NCBI GenBank assembly: GCA_963786105.1
Contig: CAWAXX010000013.1
Coordinates: 77,529 to 141,528 of the forward strand
Source of the DNA: Vulcanimicrobiota bacterium
GTDB taxonomy: Bacteria > Vulcanimicrobiota > Vulcanimicrobiia > Vulcanimicrobiales > Vulcanimicrobiaceae
Reading direction: 5' to 3'
DNA length: 64,000 nucleotides
The notes under the pieces were generated by a model. It did not search any database. It was not told the origin of the DNA and saw nothing but the letters and a program-made list of their open reading frames with translations. A program made the position numbers and the translations under genes. Below, in pieces: positions 10,749-20,274 of this stretch (positions within the stretch are counted from its first letter, which is position 1; each line of letters starts with the position of its first letter).

Positions 10749-11972
10749 GTGGCATACCGCCGGTTTTTCACCAGCGAGTCCGTGACCGAAGGCCATCCCG
10801 ACAAGGTCGCGGACCAGATTTCGGATGCCGTGCTCGATGCGCTTCTCCGAGAGGATCCGCAGTCGCGCGTCGCGGTCGAGACGTTTGCGATTACCGGCCA
10901 GATCCATCTTGCCGGTGAAGTCACGACCAAGACGTACATCGACATTCCGCGGATCGTGCGCGAAGTGATTCGGGACATCGGGTATACGAAATCGGCGGTC
11001 GGCTTCGACGCGGATACCTGCGGCGTGAGCATTTCGATCGACGAGCAGTCTGCCGACATCGCGATGGGCGTCGATAAGTCGCTCGAAGCCAAAGGCGGCG
11101 AGGACGACGAGTTCGAGCGAACCGGTGCCGGCGACCAAGGCATGATGTTCGGATTCGCGTGTCGCGAAACCGACGAGCTGATGCCGCTGCCGATCGTTCT
11201 CGCGCACAATCTCGCGCGCCACTTGGCCGCGGCTCGAAAGAACGGCGACATTCCCTACCTGCGGCCTGACGGCAAGTCGCAAGTAACCGTCGAGTATGAC
11301 GGCGATCGCCCGGTTCGTATCGAGGCGGTCGTCATCTCGACGCAGCACGATCCCGACATCGCCCTCGAAGTGATTCGAAACGAAGTCACCGAGAAGGTGA
11401 TCGATCACGTGATTCCGCGATCGTTGCGCGACCGAAACACGCGCATCTACGTCAATCCCACCGGACGTTTCGTCATCGGCGGTCCCAAAGGCGACGCGGG
11501 TTTAACCGGACGGAAGATCATCGCCGATACTTACGGCGGAATGGCCCGCCACGGCGGTGGCGCGTTCTCCGGGAAGGATCCGACGAAGGTGGACCGGTCG
11601 GCCGCATACGCCGCGCGCTGGGTGGCTAAGAACGTCGTCGCCGCCGGACTGGCCGATCGCTGCGAGATTCAGGTCGCCTACGCCATCGGCGTCGCGCACC
11701 CGATGAATCTCTTCGTCGAAACTTTCGGCACGGCGAAAATCGACGAGGAACAAATTGCCAAAGCGGTGCTCGACGTATTCGACCTGCGGCCTGCCGCGAT
11801 CATCCATCACTTGAATCTGCGCCGCCCGATCTATCGCCAAACGGCCTCGTACGGCCACTTCGGACGCCCCGACTTAGACCTTCCGTGGGAGCGGCTCAAT
11901 CGCGTCGAAGCGCTTCGCAAAGCGACTGGGTTTACCGGCGAGGCGCTGCGCGTTCCCAACTTTGCAACCTAG
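10749..11972 (+). CDS. metK: Methionine adenosyltransferase
   Basis: [51 protein letters not shown]. Confidence 0.98.
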   Translation: MAYRRFFTSESVTEGHPDKVADQISDAVLDALLREDPQSRVAVETFAITGQIHLAGEVTTKTYIDIPRIVREVIRDIGYTKSAVGFDADTCGVSISIDEQSADIAMGVDKSLEAKGGEDDEFERTGAGDQGMMFGFACRETDELMPLPIVLAHNLARHLAAARKNGDIPYLRPDGKSQVTVEYDGDRPVRIEAVVISTQHDPDIALEVIRNEVTEKVIDHVIPRSLRDRNTRIYVNPTGRFVIGGPKGDAGLTGRKIIADTYGGMARHGGGAFSGKDPTKVDRSAAYAARWVAKNVVAAGLADRCEIQVAYAIGVAHPMNLFVETFGTAKIDEEQIAKAVLDVFDLRPAAIIHHLNLRRPIYRQTASYGHFGRPDLDLPWERLNRVEALRKATGFTGEALRVPNFAT

Positions 11973-11988
11973 TATAAGAGGAGGAGCG

Positions 11989-12597
11989 ATGTTGAAGAAG
12001 ACGATGGCGCCGGCGCTAATCAAAGCCGCCGCGGTTACGTGCGCGCTGGCGGCAACGTTCGTGGTGGCTCGGGCGGCAACGATCCCGAGCGGTACCAAAA
12101 TCCTTTGCGTGCTGGGCAAAGGTGTGAACTCGGCGACGCTCAAAGTCGGCACCGACTTCAAACTACACGTCGACGATCCGGCGCAGCCCGGATTAACCGG
12201 CGCGGCGATCCACGGTCACGTCACCGACGTGGCGGGTCCCGGCGGAATGACGCGCGCCCGAATCGGCTTCATTCTCGACTACATTCAGTTCAAGAACGGC
12301 GCCCGTAGCTCTATTCACGCCAACATCGTGAGCAAGAACGTAACACAAACCAACACGGCGGCCGTCCGTCAGGAGGCAGTCAAGTTCTCGCTCCCTCCTA
12401 TGCCCAACGGGACCGTTACGCCCGGACCGATTGCGTGGCAAATGCATTTCCGCCGGGATGCCGCCCCATCGGTGTCGCCGCCGCCTGCCGGCAACACTAG
12501 CGGCTACGTGTACGCTCAGAAATCTAATGAGAATATCGTTATTCCGCCCGGCGCCCCGGTTACTATTGCGCTAACGAGTGACCTGACCACGCCATAA
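11989..12597 (+). CDS. Secreted hypothetical protein (TrbI/VirB10-like beta fold, tentative)
   Basis: SD GAGGAGG, signal peptide, IPSGT...VNS..LKVGTDF...IHGHV...IPPGAPVTIAL pattern shared with the next gene. Confidence 0.7.
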   Translation: MLKKTMAPALIKAAAVTCALAATFVVARAATIPSGTKILCVLGKGVNSATLKVGTDFKLHVDDPAQPGLTGAAIHGHVTDVAGPGGMTRARIGFILDYIQFKNGARSSIHANIVSKNVTQTNTAAVRQEAVKFSLPPMPNGTVTPGPIAWQMHFRRDAAPSVSPPPAGNTSGYVYAQKSNENIVIPPGAPVTIALTSDLTTP

Positions 12598-12637
12598 TGC
12601 GTTGGTCGGGAGACCACCAACGGGGAATGACGTAGAC

Positions 12638-13237
12638 ATGAGAATTCGAAATCGGCTCGGCATGCTGGCGATGATCGCGGCGCTCGCCGTAACGGCAGCG
12701 CTCGCATCGGCAGCCGAAAGCATCACGCTATATAACGGCACGGTACTCAATGCGCGACTCAACCAAGGCCTCGACTCCGGTTCGGCCCACGTGGGTGACG
12801 TGTTCACGATGACCGTGATCCCGCCGTATCCCAGCGGAAATCCCGCGTTTCAAGGGTCAACGATTAGCGGCGTAGTGACGAAGGTTCAGCCTGCAGGCCA
12901 GGGTCGCAATCCCGAGATCGTCATCGTTCCGGAGTACCTGCGGCTCGATGGCGGCAGCACCGCGAACATTTTAGGAAGCGTGACCAGCGTTGCCGCCAAC
13001 AAGAGCACGGCAGGAACGGCTGGGAAAGCGGCCATCGGGGCGCTTGCTGGCATGTTGATCGGCAACGCGATCGGTCAAACGATCTTCCACACGAGCGGCG
13101 GCGGGGCGGTCGGTTTGATCAGCGGCGCGATGCTCGGGGCGAACAACAAGACGAACTTCAGCATTCCACCCGGAGCCAACGCGACCGTCCAGCTTAGTCA
13201 GACGGTCACCGTCCGCCGCCAGTCGTCACAGCCCTAG
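12638..13237 (+). CDS. Secreted protein with glycine-zipper segment
   Basis: Signal peptide, GTVLNARLNQGLDS...VGDVF, glycine zipper GKAAIGALAGMLIGNAIG...GGAVGLISGAMLG, IPPGANATVQL. Confidence 0.75.
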   Translation: MRIRNRLGMLAMIAALAVTAALASAAESITLYNGTVLNARLNQGLDSGSAHVGDVFTMTVIPPYPSGNPAFQGSTISGVVTKVQPAGQGRNPEIVIVPEYLRLDGGSTANILGSVTSVAANKSTAGTAGKAAIGALAGMLIGNAIGQTIFHTSGGGAVGLISGAMLGANNKTNFSIPPGANATVQLSQTVTVRRQSSQP

Positions 13238-13243
13238 TAAGGG

Positions 13244-13429
13244 CTATTGGACGACGGGCGTTTTGACCCGATCGCGGAGCGTGGAGACGGATGACCGATG
13301 CGCGTGGGCGGTCACCACGGCGATGACCTTCATGCCGGGATCGGAGGCGTTGGCGGCGGCTCCGAGCGCCGAATAGCCGCAAAACGCGATTATGCTGGCG
13401 GCGACGAAACTGAGACCGAACCGTACCAT
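13244..13429 (-). CDS. Small secreted protein (61 aa)
   Basis: SD GGAGGT, signal peptide ending A-N-A, and a near-consensus promoter upstream. Confidence 0.65.
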   Translation of the reverse strand: MVRFGLSFVAASIIAFCGYSALGAAANASDPGMKVIAVVTAHAHRSSVSTLRDRVKTPVVQ

Positions 13430-13473
13430 TTTGGGGGACCTCCAGGACTCTTAAGGTTTTAGTTGATAGGCCT

Positions 13474-13502
13474 AGCCTACTCCCGCCGGATGGGTTTGTC
13501 AA
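13474..13502 (-). promoter_or_regulatory. Sigma70-type promoter TTGACA-N17-TAGGCT, flanked by 21-bp inverted repeats
   Basis: -35 at 13502-13497, -10 at 13479-13474. Repeat arms 13448-13468 and 13497-13517. Confidence 0.7.
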
Positions 13503-13593
13503 CTAAAAACTTAAGAGAAAGATATCAAAAATCGCCCACTGCGTTGCGGGCCCCTTCGGCCTCGGGGTAAAATCCCGCAAGTCGGTCCCTCGT

Positions 13594-13669
13594 TCCGGAT
13601 TAGCTCAGTTGGTAGAGCAGCTGACTGTTAATCAGCGGGTCGCTGGTTCGAGTCCAGCATCCGGAGCCA
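13594..13669 (+). tRNA. tRNA-Asn(GTT)
   Basis: Acceptor stem TCCGGAT/ATCCGGA, D arm AGCTCAGTTGGTAGAGC, anticodon loop CTGTTAA, T arm GGTTCGAGTCC, encoded CCA. Confidence 0.97.
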
Positions 13670-13672
13670 TCT

Positions 13673-13712
13673 ACTCCCTCGTAAATCGATGCATTTGCGG
13701 GGGAGTTTTTCT
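13673..13712 (+). terminator. Rho-independent terminator after tRNA-Asn
   Basis: 14-bp stem ACTCCCTCGTAAAT/ATTTGCGGGGGAGT (2 G-U pairs) followed by a T run. Confidence 0.8.
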
Positions 13713-14233
13713 GTGCGGCGATGCCGTGTAGCCCCTTTGTAGCGCTTTCTGAAACGACATGCTCCCTCGCACGGCAAGTCGGTCAGCTCCGATCCGCTAG
13801 GTAATGCGTCATCGAAAACCGAGGGCACGGTTACTCGGAAAAAGGAGATAAGGCGTTTCAAAACGAGGCCCCTGACACTGGGCGCGATTTAAGGCTCTTC
13901 GAAGCAAGGAGCTCGCGGCTGCAAAGCGAGCGAGGCGTCTAGGTTACGATGGCCTCGCGATCTCGAAGTCGTGCTCGGGGCGGAGCTCTACCTCAGTGCG
14001 CCGGAAGTGCGCTGGACGAATGGTTGCGTCAGAACGCCCGTTTCTTACAACCCGTCCGTTCGCGCTGAGTTCTATAGCAGAGCCGTGGTGTGTGATCACA
14101 AGGTCTACACGTTTTGCGTCACGCCTTTGCGCGGCGCAAAATGGGCCACTTTGCGATGCTCGTCGAGGGCGCGATCGATGACGTCTCGATCAACCGCGCC
14201 CTTGCGGCGTTGAAGAAGCTCGGCTGGACTCAA

Positions 14234-15151
14234 TCAGTCGGCGCCAACTCCTAACGGAGCCGCATTGGCCAGACCAGCCGTAATAGCGTACGACGACTGA
14301 CTGCCCGCAGGCAAGACGACGACCGACGGCGATGGCGTACCGGTGAAGGGGACGTAGATGGTGCCATCGTTTCCGCGCCCGATGAAGCGAATGCTGGCCC
14401 CGTAGTACGTGTCTTTTATCGGTTTGTAGCTGGGCGGAGCGTAGACACTGAGCGTGGCGGCGTTTGCCGCGTAGAGGTTCCCGGCATTGTCAAGCGCTAA
14501 CCCGGAACAAGCCGCTAGTCCGATGGGATTCCCCGTTGGCTGACCGGCGACGTACTCTTGGGCAAACCCTCCCGCTGAATCGTACATATCGATGAACACA
14601 ACGCGATTATGCACCGCGACACCTTCGATCGCGAAATTCTCCGGAGCGTTTATTTGAGCGGTCACGGTGTCGGAATCGGGTTTGAATTCTGCGACGTACC
14701 CGGATTTGCACGCGGTTTCGCAGTGGCTTGCAACGTAAAGCCAGTTTCGCTCGTCCACTGCCAGGCCTTGAGGTTTGTAGAGGCCATTAGTAATGGTACG
14801 CACGAGCGATGTCGCCCCGTGAGAAAAAACGTCGATCGTTGAAGTATTTAGCAGGGCGACGAATACGTGGCCGTTGCCGTCGACGGCGACGCCTTGCGGA
14901 ACGTCCCCGAGTGGAATCGTTCGAATGGGCGAGGGGTTTAAAACGCCCTCCGGATAGACTAAAAGCTGTTCGTTTTTGGCGTCGCCAACGTAGATGTATT
15001 TTTGCGTTGAAGCCGTACTGTATTTTTGAGCTGACGCCGTATTGTAAGACGGTGCCACGGCACCCGTCGTACTCTTAGTCGGAAGGTACGATGTCGCTCC
15101 CGAACTACAAGCTGCTAACGACAATGCGAAAAAGGAGTTTACGAGTTTCAT
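14234..15151 (-). CDS. Secreted NHL/YVTN-like beta-propeller lipoprotein
   Basis: Lipobox LAAC, Ser/Thr linker, repeats PQGVAVDGNG, PQGLAVDERN, GLALDNAGNLY. Confidence 0.75.
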   Translation of the reverse strand: MKLVNSFFALSLAACSSGATSYLPTKSTTGAVAPSYNTASAQKYSTASTQKYIYVGDAKNEQLLVYPEGVLNPSPIRTIPLGDVPQGVAVDGNGHVFVALLNTSTIDVFSHGATSLVRTITNGLYKPQGLAVDERNWLYVASHCETACKSGYVAEFKPDSDTVTAQINAPENFAIEGVAVHNRVVFIDMYDSAGGFAQEYVAGQPTGNPIGLAACSGLALDNAGNLYAANAATLSVYAPPSYKPIKDTYYGASIRFIGRGNDGTIYVPFTGTPSPSVVVLPAGSQSSYAITAGLANAAPLGVGAD

Positions 15152-15731
15152 TTGTTCCGGTGTGCTCCGTTAAGTGAAGTGATGACACCGGACAATCTAG
15201 CGTGGGGCTGAGCGCGGCGTAACGCACAACATTCACAAACGACCTGCACATCTGCGTACACCGCCACACAGGGGTCCACTAACGAGCCTCACGACACGCA
15301 CAAACGGCCCGCAAGGTCGACGCTTGGCGCCGCTGCCGCCGCTTGAGGATGCTCGCTCCATGTCGGCGAAAACGGGCAGAAAGTGGAAGGAGAGCAAGAA
15401 CTTCAGGCTCTCCGCCCTTCAGAACGCAGCTTCCGGGTTATCGGCTCGCCGTTGGGATTTCGCAAAGAGGCGGTGGCCGAACGCACCCAAATGAGCGCGA
15501 ACTGGATCGCGTGGCGACGAGTATGCCGAACCCCCTTGCAGCTATGCTCGAACGGCCCGGTGGCGCCGCACATGTCCCGGCGCGCGGCCGTCGTCGCGGC
15601 GCGAAAGGACACCCTCACAGCGGGAAAACACATGACTTTTGTCGTATGTAAAGTGCCGGGCGATCAGCCGCTTTCCCGTAGCCTTACCAGGCCTGAACTT
15701 CGGCCATCCCCTGGGCGAAAGGAGCAATTAC

Positions 15732-16709
15732 ATGAGCACCCTGCGGTCGGCGTCTTACGCGGTCGGATCTTTGGCGTTCGCAGGCATTTGCGCGGTTTGC
15801 GCCATCGGAGGCTTAAAATCGGCGGCGCTCGCTGCGTCGGAACCAGGCCGTCTCTTCGTTTCAGATTCCCAGGCCAGCGTGCTTGGGGTCTTCTCGCTTC
15901 CCGACCTCGTCCTCAAGGGGACGATGACGGGCCTCAATGAGCCACGCGGCTTATGCGACGACGGCAACGGCAACGTCTGGGTGGCCAACCACGGAACGCA
16001 GCAGATGTTCAAGTACTCGCATACCGGTGCGCTCATCGCGACGTTGAACGATGCTAACGGTTTCCCGTTTGCATGCTCCGTCGACCGAGGCTCCCACCGC
16101 AGCCACGATCTGGCGGTAGCGAACCGTCGTAACTTTAGCGGCCCGGGCGAAACCGAAAAATATGGTCCGGGCATGACCAAACCGGGGCCATCCTACGACT
16201 TTGCGTCGATGTCCACGGTGCTCGGCGAATCCTATGGCCCAGGCAGCCTCTACATCGACGGACAAACGAAAACCGGAACATTCGTGCTAGCGGAGCTCCG
16301 GGCCGGGAGCAACAAGATCACCGGGATCACCGTTACCGGTGGCACCATACACCTCCCGGGGATGCTCCAATGGGACGAGGACGATCATTACCTCGCCGTC
16401 GGCGATCGACGATGCGGGAGTCCGAGGACTACCTGCGTCTACCACCTGTCGATTTCCGGGTCAACCGGAACGATTACCGGCAAAACGAAGCTCGAAGCCT
16501 ACAACGGCCACGTGATCTGCGATATGGCTCAGGGCGTGATCTACGAGTCCGGCGGCGTGACGTATCTCGCCGGAGGCGATGACGAGTCCCCCTGCGGCTA
16601 CGCTGCGACCAGTGTGAACCGGTGGGCGTACCCAGCTGGTGGCGTACCCACAAATAACAACCATTCCATCCCTTTCGCCCATCCGTTCGGCACGGCGATC
16701 TCAAGATAA
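15732..16709 (+). CDS. Secreted beta-propeller-like protein
   Basis: SD AAGGAG, signal-like N terminus, PRGLCDDGNGNVWVAN, PFACSVD, several Cys pairs. Confidence 0.72.
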   Translation: MSTLRSASYAVGSLAFAGICAVCAIGGLKSAALAASEPGRLFVSDSQASVLGVFSLPDLVLKGTMTGLNEPRGLCDDGNGNVWVANHGTQQMFKYSHTGALIATLNDANGFPFACSVDRGSHRSHDLAVANRRNFSGPGETEKYGPGMTKPGPSYDFASMSTVLGESYGPGSLYIDGQTKTGTFVLAELRAGSNKITGITVTGGTIHLPGMLQWDEDDHYLAVGDRRCGSPRTTCVYHLSISGSTGTITGKTKLEAYNGHVICDMAQGVIYESGGVTYLAGGDDESPCGYAATSVNRWAYPAGGVPTNNNHSIPFAHPFGTAISR

Positions 16710-16774
16710 ATCGATTCGTTAAGCGCTTATGCAGCTAAGGTTGGCGGGCAACGCGGCGCGAAGTTCCTGATACC

Positions 16775-19318
16775 GTGGAAAACGAAGGGCGAGTAGCGAC
16801 TCCTCCGGATTTCGGAACGCTCTTGCGGCGCTACCGGCTCGCCGCCGAACTCTCGCAAGAAGCGCTCGCCGAACGCGCCCGCATGAGCACGAACGGCGTC
16901 GGTGCGCTCGAACGGGGGTATCGGCGCACGCCGCAACGCGAAACGCTCGCGCTTTTGGTGAGCGCGCTAGCGCTCAATGACGAACAACGCGTCGAGTTCG
17001 AAGCGGCCGCCGCGCCGTCGAGAGCGCTGCGCCGTGGAGACGGCGAAGCGGTCGCCGCGGGTCCTTGGTACGGTACCGGCGTCTCAAACCTGCCGCTCTG
17101 TCTGACGAGCTTCGTTGGGCGCGACGTAGAGCTCGACGAGGTCGCACGACTTGTCCGCGAGCATCGGCTCGTCACGCTCGCAGGCGCCGGAGGCATTGGA
17201 AAAACTCAGATGGCGTTGCAGGTTGGAGCCACGCTTACTGAAAGCGCCGAGATTTCCGTTAGCTTCGTCGCACTCGCGCCCGTTGGCGATCCTGGATTAG
17301 TGGTTGCCGCGATCGCGTCGACGCTAGGCGTGCAAGAAGTGCCGAATCGGCCGCTGCTTGAGACGCTGACGACATACCTCAGGAACAAGACGCTCCTGCT
17401 GATCCTCGACAACTGCGAGCACGTCGTTACGGAGGCAGCAATCGTCGTGGCCGCGCTATTGGTCGGCTGCCGGAGCCTTCGGATCCTCGTAACGAGCCGC
17501 GAACCGCTTCGAACCGCGGGCGAGCGCACCTACCGGTTGCCGCCTTTGAGCGTTCCGGCGCGGGAGGCGATTCGCCCGCTCAGCGCGGCGGAGGCGCTCT
17601 CATTCGGGGCGATCGTGCTTTTTAGGGATCGCGCGCGCGCCATCGACCATCGCTTCACGCTGACCGACGAGAATGCGTCGGCCGTTGCAGAGATCTGCCG
17701 AAACTTAGACGGCATCCCGCTCGCGATTGAACTTTGCGCCGCACGAGTCAACACGTTTCCGATTCAAGTCATTCTGAAGATGCTCGACCATCGCTTTAGC
17801 ATTCTCACCGGAGGCGAACGCACCGCCCTGCCGCGTCAGCGAACGATGCGCGCGGCAATCGATTGGAGTTACGATTTGCTCGCGGCACGCGAGCAGCGTA
17901 TGTTCGACCGGCTCTCGGTGTTTGCCGGCGGATGTACGCTGGCAACCGCGAACGCCGTTTGCGCGAGCGACGACGTTGCGGAGGCCGACGTCATAGAACT
18001 GCTCTCGTCGCTGGTGGACAAGTCGCTCTTGGTGGCCGATTTCGACGCCGGCGAGGCCCGCTATTCGCTTTTGGAGTCATTCCGGGAGTATGCACGCGAG
18101 AAGCTGGCGGCGCGGGGTGAAGCCGACGCTGTGGCACGCCGTCATGCTTTGGCGTGCCTGGAACTGGCCGAGCGACTCGAGCGCGCATGCGATACCGAAC
18201 CGGACGTGATCTGGCGCGCGCTCGCTCAGGACGAGCTGGACAACTGGCGGGCGGCACTGCAATGGGCAGTCACGGATCGGAACGATGTCGTCTCGGGGCA
18301 AGCACTCGTCGGGGCTCTGCACGTTGTTTGGGCATACTTCGCACCGCAGGAGGGTCAACGCTACGTTGCCTCGGCGTTCGAGCTGGCCGACGAAAAAACG
18401 CCAACACACGTGCTCGCGAGACTCGGGTACGCGGATGGGATCATCGCAATGCAGCATCGCGCGTACAAAGTACAGCTTTCGAGCAGCGAGCGCGCCATCG
18501 AGCGCTTTCGCGCCGTGGGCGATCCGCTTGGCGTCGCCCGTACGCAGGATCTCGCTGGTCAGGCGCTCGTGTCTTTGGGGCGCGTCGTAGAGGCCAAAAC
18601 GTTCTTACGACAAGCGCTAGCGTCCGCTCGTGCTTTGGGCAATCGCCGGCTTATCGCTTGCGTCCTACGCAACCTTGGGTATGCCAGCTCCGTCGAAGGC
18701 GACTGCGACACGGCTCGCGACTACGTCGCCGAAGCCGTGCCGATTTATCAGGCCCTCGGTGCAGGTCTGGGCGCTGCATTAGCGCGCGACGACCTTGGCG
18801 AGTGTGAGTTTCGCGCGGGCAACGCCGAGCTGGCATTTCAACTTGCCTCGGGCGCGCTAGCTACCTTCCGAGCGGTCAACAATCAGCGCTTTGTCGCCTC
18901 CGTTCTCAGCAGCCTGGCAATGTATCTCATCGCGTTGGGCCGGTATGATGACGCCGAGGAGCGGGCATGCGAAGCACTAGCCCTTGCACGGGAGCAACAG
19001 CAAGACGTCCTCGTCGCCTGGACACTCCAACACCTCGGAGCGATCGCGGCCTTACGTCCTCAAATCTCCCACGAAGGCGCGCTCAATGCATACACCCAAG
19101 CCGCGCGGATCTTGGGTTTCGTCGACGCTCGACTCCAAGCGATAGGATCGGCGAGAATGTACATCTACGAGCAGGGATACGATCGAGCCGTCGCCGGTCT
19201 GCGCGAGGCCATCGGCGCCGATGCGATGGCGAGCTTCATGGCCGAAGGTGCAACGATGACCGAGGAGCAAGCGGTCGAGGAGGCGTCGAAAAGACGATGC
19301 CTAGAACGATCCACGTAA
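16775..19318 (+). CDS. XRE-HTH + NB-ARC-like ATPase + TPR (STAND-class) transcriptional regulator
   Basis: FGTLLRRYR...LSQEALAERA..S...LERG HTH, LTSFVGR, Walker A GAGGIGKT, Walker B LLILDNCEH, VTSRE, LDGIPLAIEL, TPR-like C terminus. Confidence 0.9.
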   Translation: MENEGRVATPPDFGTLLRRYRLAAELSQEALAERARMSTNGVGALERGYRRTPQRETLALLVSALALNDEQRVEFEAAAAPSRALRRGDGEAVAAGPWYGTGVSNLPLCLTSFVGRDVELDEVARLVREHRLVTLAGAGGIGKTQMALQVGATLTESAEISVSFVALAPVGDPGLVVAAIASTLGVQEVPNRPLLETLTTYLRNKTLLLILDNCEHVVTEAAIVVAALLVGCRSLRILVTSREPLRTAGERTYRLPPLSVPAREAIRPLSAAEALSFGAIVLFRDRARAIDHRFTLTDENASAVAEICRNLDGIPLAIELCAARVNTFPIQVILKMLDHRFSILTGGERTALPRQRTMRAAIDWSYDLLAAREQRMFDRLSVFAGGCTLATANAVCASDDVAEADVIELLSSLVDKSLLVADFDAGEARYSLLESFREYAREKLAARGEADAVARRHALACLELAERLERACDTEPDVIWRALAQDELDNWRAALQWAVTDRNDVVSGQALVGALHVVWAYFAPQEGQRYVASAFELADEKTPTHVLARLGYADGIIAMQHRAYKVQLSSSERAIERFRAVGDPLGVARTQDLAGQALVSLGRVVEAKTFLRQALASARALGNRRLIACVLRNLGYASSVEGDCDTARDYVAEAVPIYQALGAGLGAALARDDLGECEFRAGNAELAFQLASGALATFRAVNNQRFVASVLSSLAMYLIALGRYDDAEERACEALALAREQQQDVLVAWTLQHLGAIAALRPQISHEGALNAYTQAARILGFVDARLQAIGSARMYIYEQGYDRAVAGLREAIGADAMASFMAEGATMTEEQAVEEASKRRCLERST

Positions 19319-19792
19319 ATTCGCGCGCCCGCCGCTAGGTCAACATTTCGTTACGGCAGTACTACCGCTCCCGGTAAATTAAGAACCGACGGTATTTAAA
19401 CACAAATGTTGGTAGCGCCAACAGGAGTCGAATTTGATGCGGCGGCACGGGATAGATACCGTATTCCGTGCGATGGTTGATCAGCGCCGTAACCCGCTCT
19501 TTGGTTCCATCGAGCCACTGCACTCGTTCCTCATCGCTCGCTTGTCGCCTTGGGAGATGAGTTAGATCCTCCGACGTCGGCTCTGGTGGCTCTCCTGCGA
19601 GGTGCTGCACCCCACGAGCGCCAATTGCCCGCAAGCGGGGCCGGGGCATTTGCCGCTGACCGAGCCGGACCGTGAGTGCGGTGATCTGTCCACTACACTC
19701 AACCGCAGATCCACTAACAACTAGCGCCTCATTCGTTCAAGTCGAAGCGCCGTCGGAAGCCTATAACCTGACGATTAATCTAGGAGGTAAGC

Positions 19793-20259
19793 ATGAAGAG
19801 CATTGTCCTCCTAGGGACTCGCATGAGAGCTATCAGGCTGTTGAAATACGGCGGGCAATTGGTGTTTGACGAGATACCGGCGCCAACGATTGCGCGCGAC
19901 GAGGTCTTGGTCAAGGTTAGAAGCACCACTGTCAATCACTTGGATCTCGTTGAAGCGTCCGGAACCTTAAAAGAGATACTTCCAATCGACCCGCCGTGGA
20001 TAACAAGAAGAGGCCGCGGCGCACCGGGTGTCGGGCATGATTGATGAGGCTCGATCCATCGGGTGACATGCTCGGCAGAATCGGAGAACTGTTGGAGGGT
20101 GGGACGATACTACCAGACGTCGCGACGGTGTACGCGTTTCAAGATGTAGCCCACGCCTGGAAAGACATCGCAGAGAGCCTGCCACGAGTTCATGGGATAT
20201 CATCGCCGGAAGCGGCAAGACACAAGTCACACGGCAAGATCGTGCTCCGTGTGGCCTAG
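19793..20259 (+). pseudogene. Internally deleted NADPH:quinone oxidoreductase-like (MDR family) gene
   Basis: N-terminal MRAIRL..YGG...DEVLVKV...VNHLD joins almost directly to C-terminal ...PDVATVYAFQDVAHAW...HGKIVLRV. The central nucleotide-binding domain is absent. Confidence 0.7.
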
Positions 20260-20274
20260 ACTGTGAGGACAGCT

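Noticed and set aside
13720..14230. Short ORFs after the tRNA (e.g. 13971..14213)
   Set aside because: No recognisable motifs or SD. Probably non-coding or degraded DNA.
15400..15700. Possible c-di-GMP riboswitch upstream of the propeller gene
   Set aside because: Some stems exist (CGGGAAA/TTTCCCG), but I could not match the class I or class II consensus.
19362..19649. 95-aa minus-strand ORF
   Set aside because: No recognisable domain or start signals. It cannot be supported as a gene.
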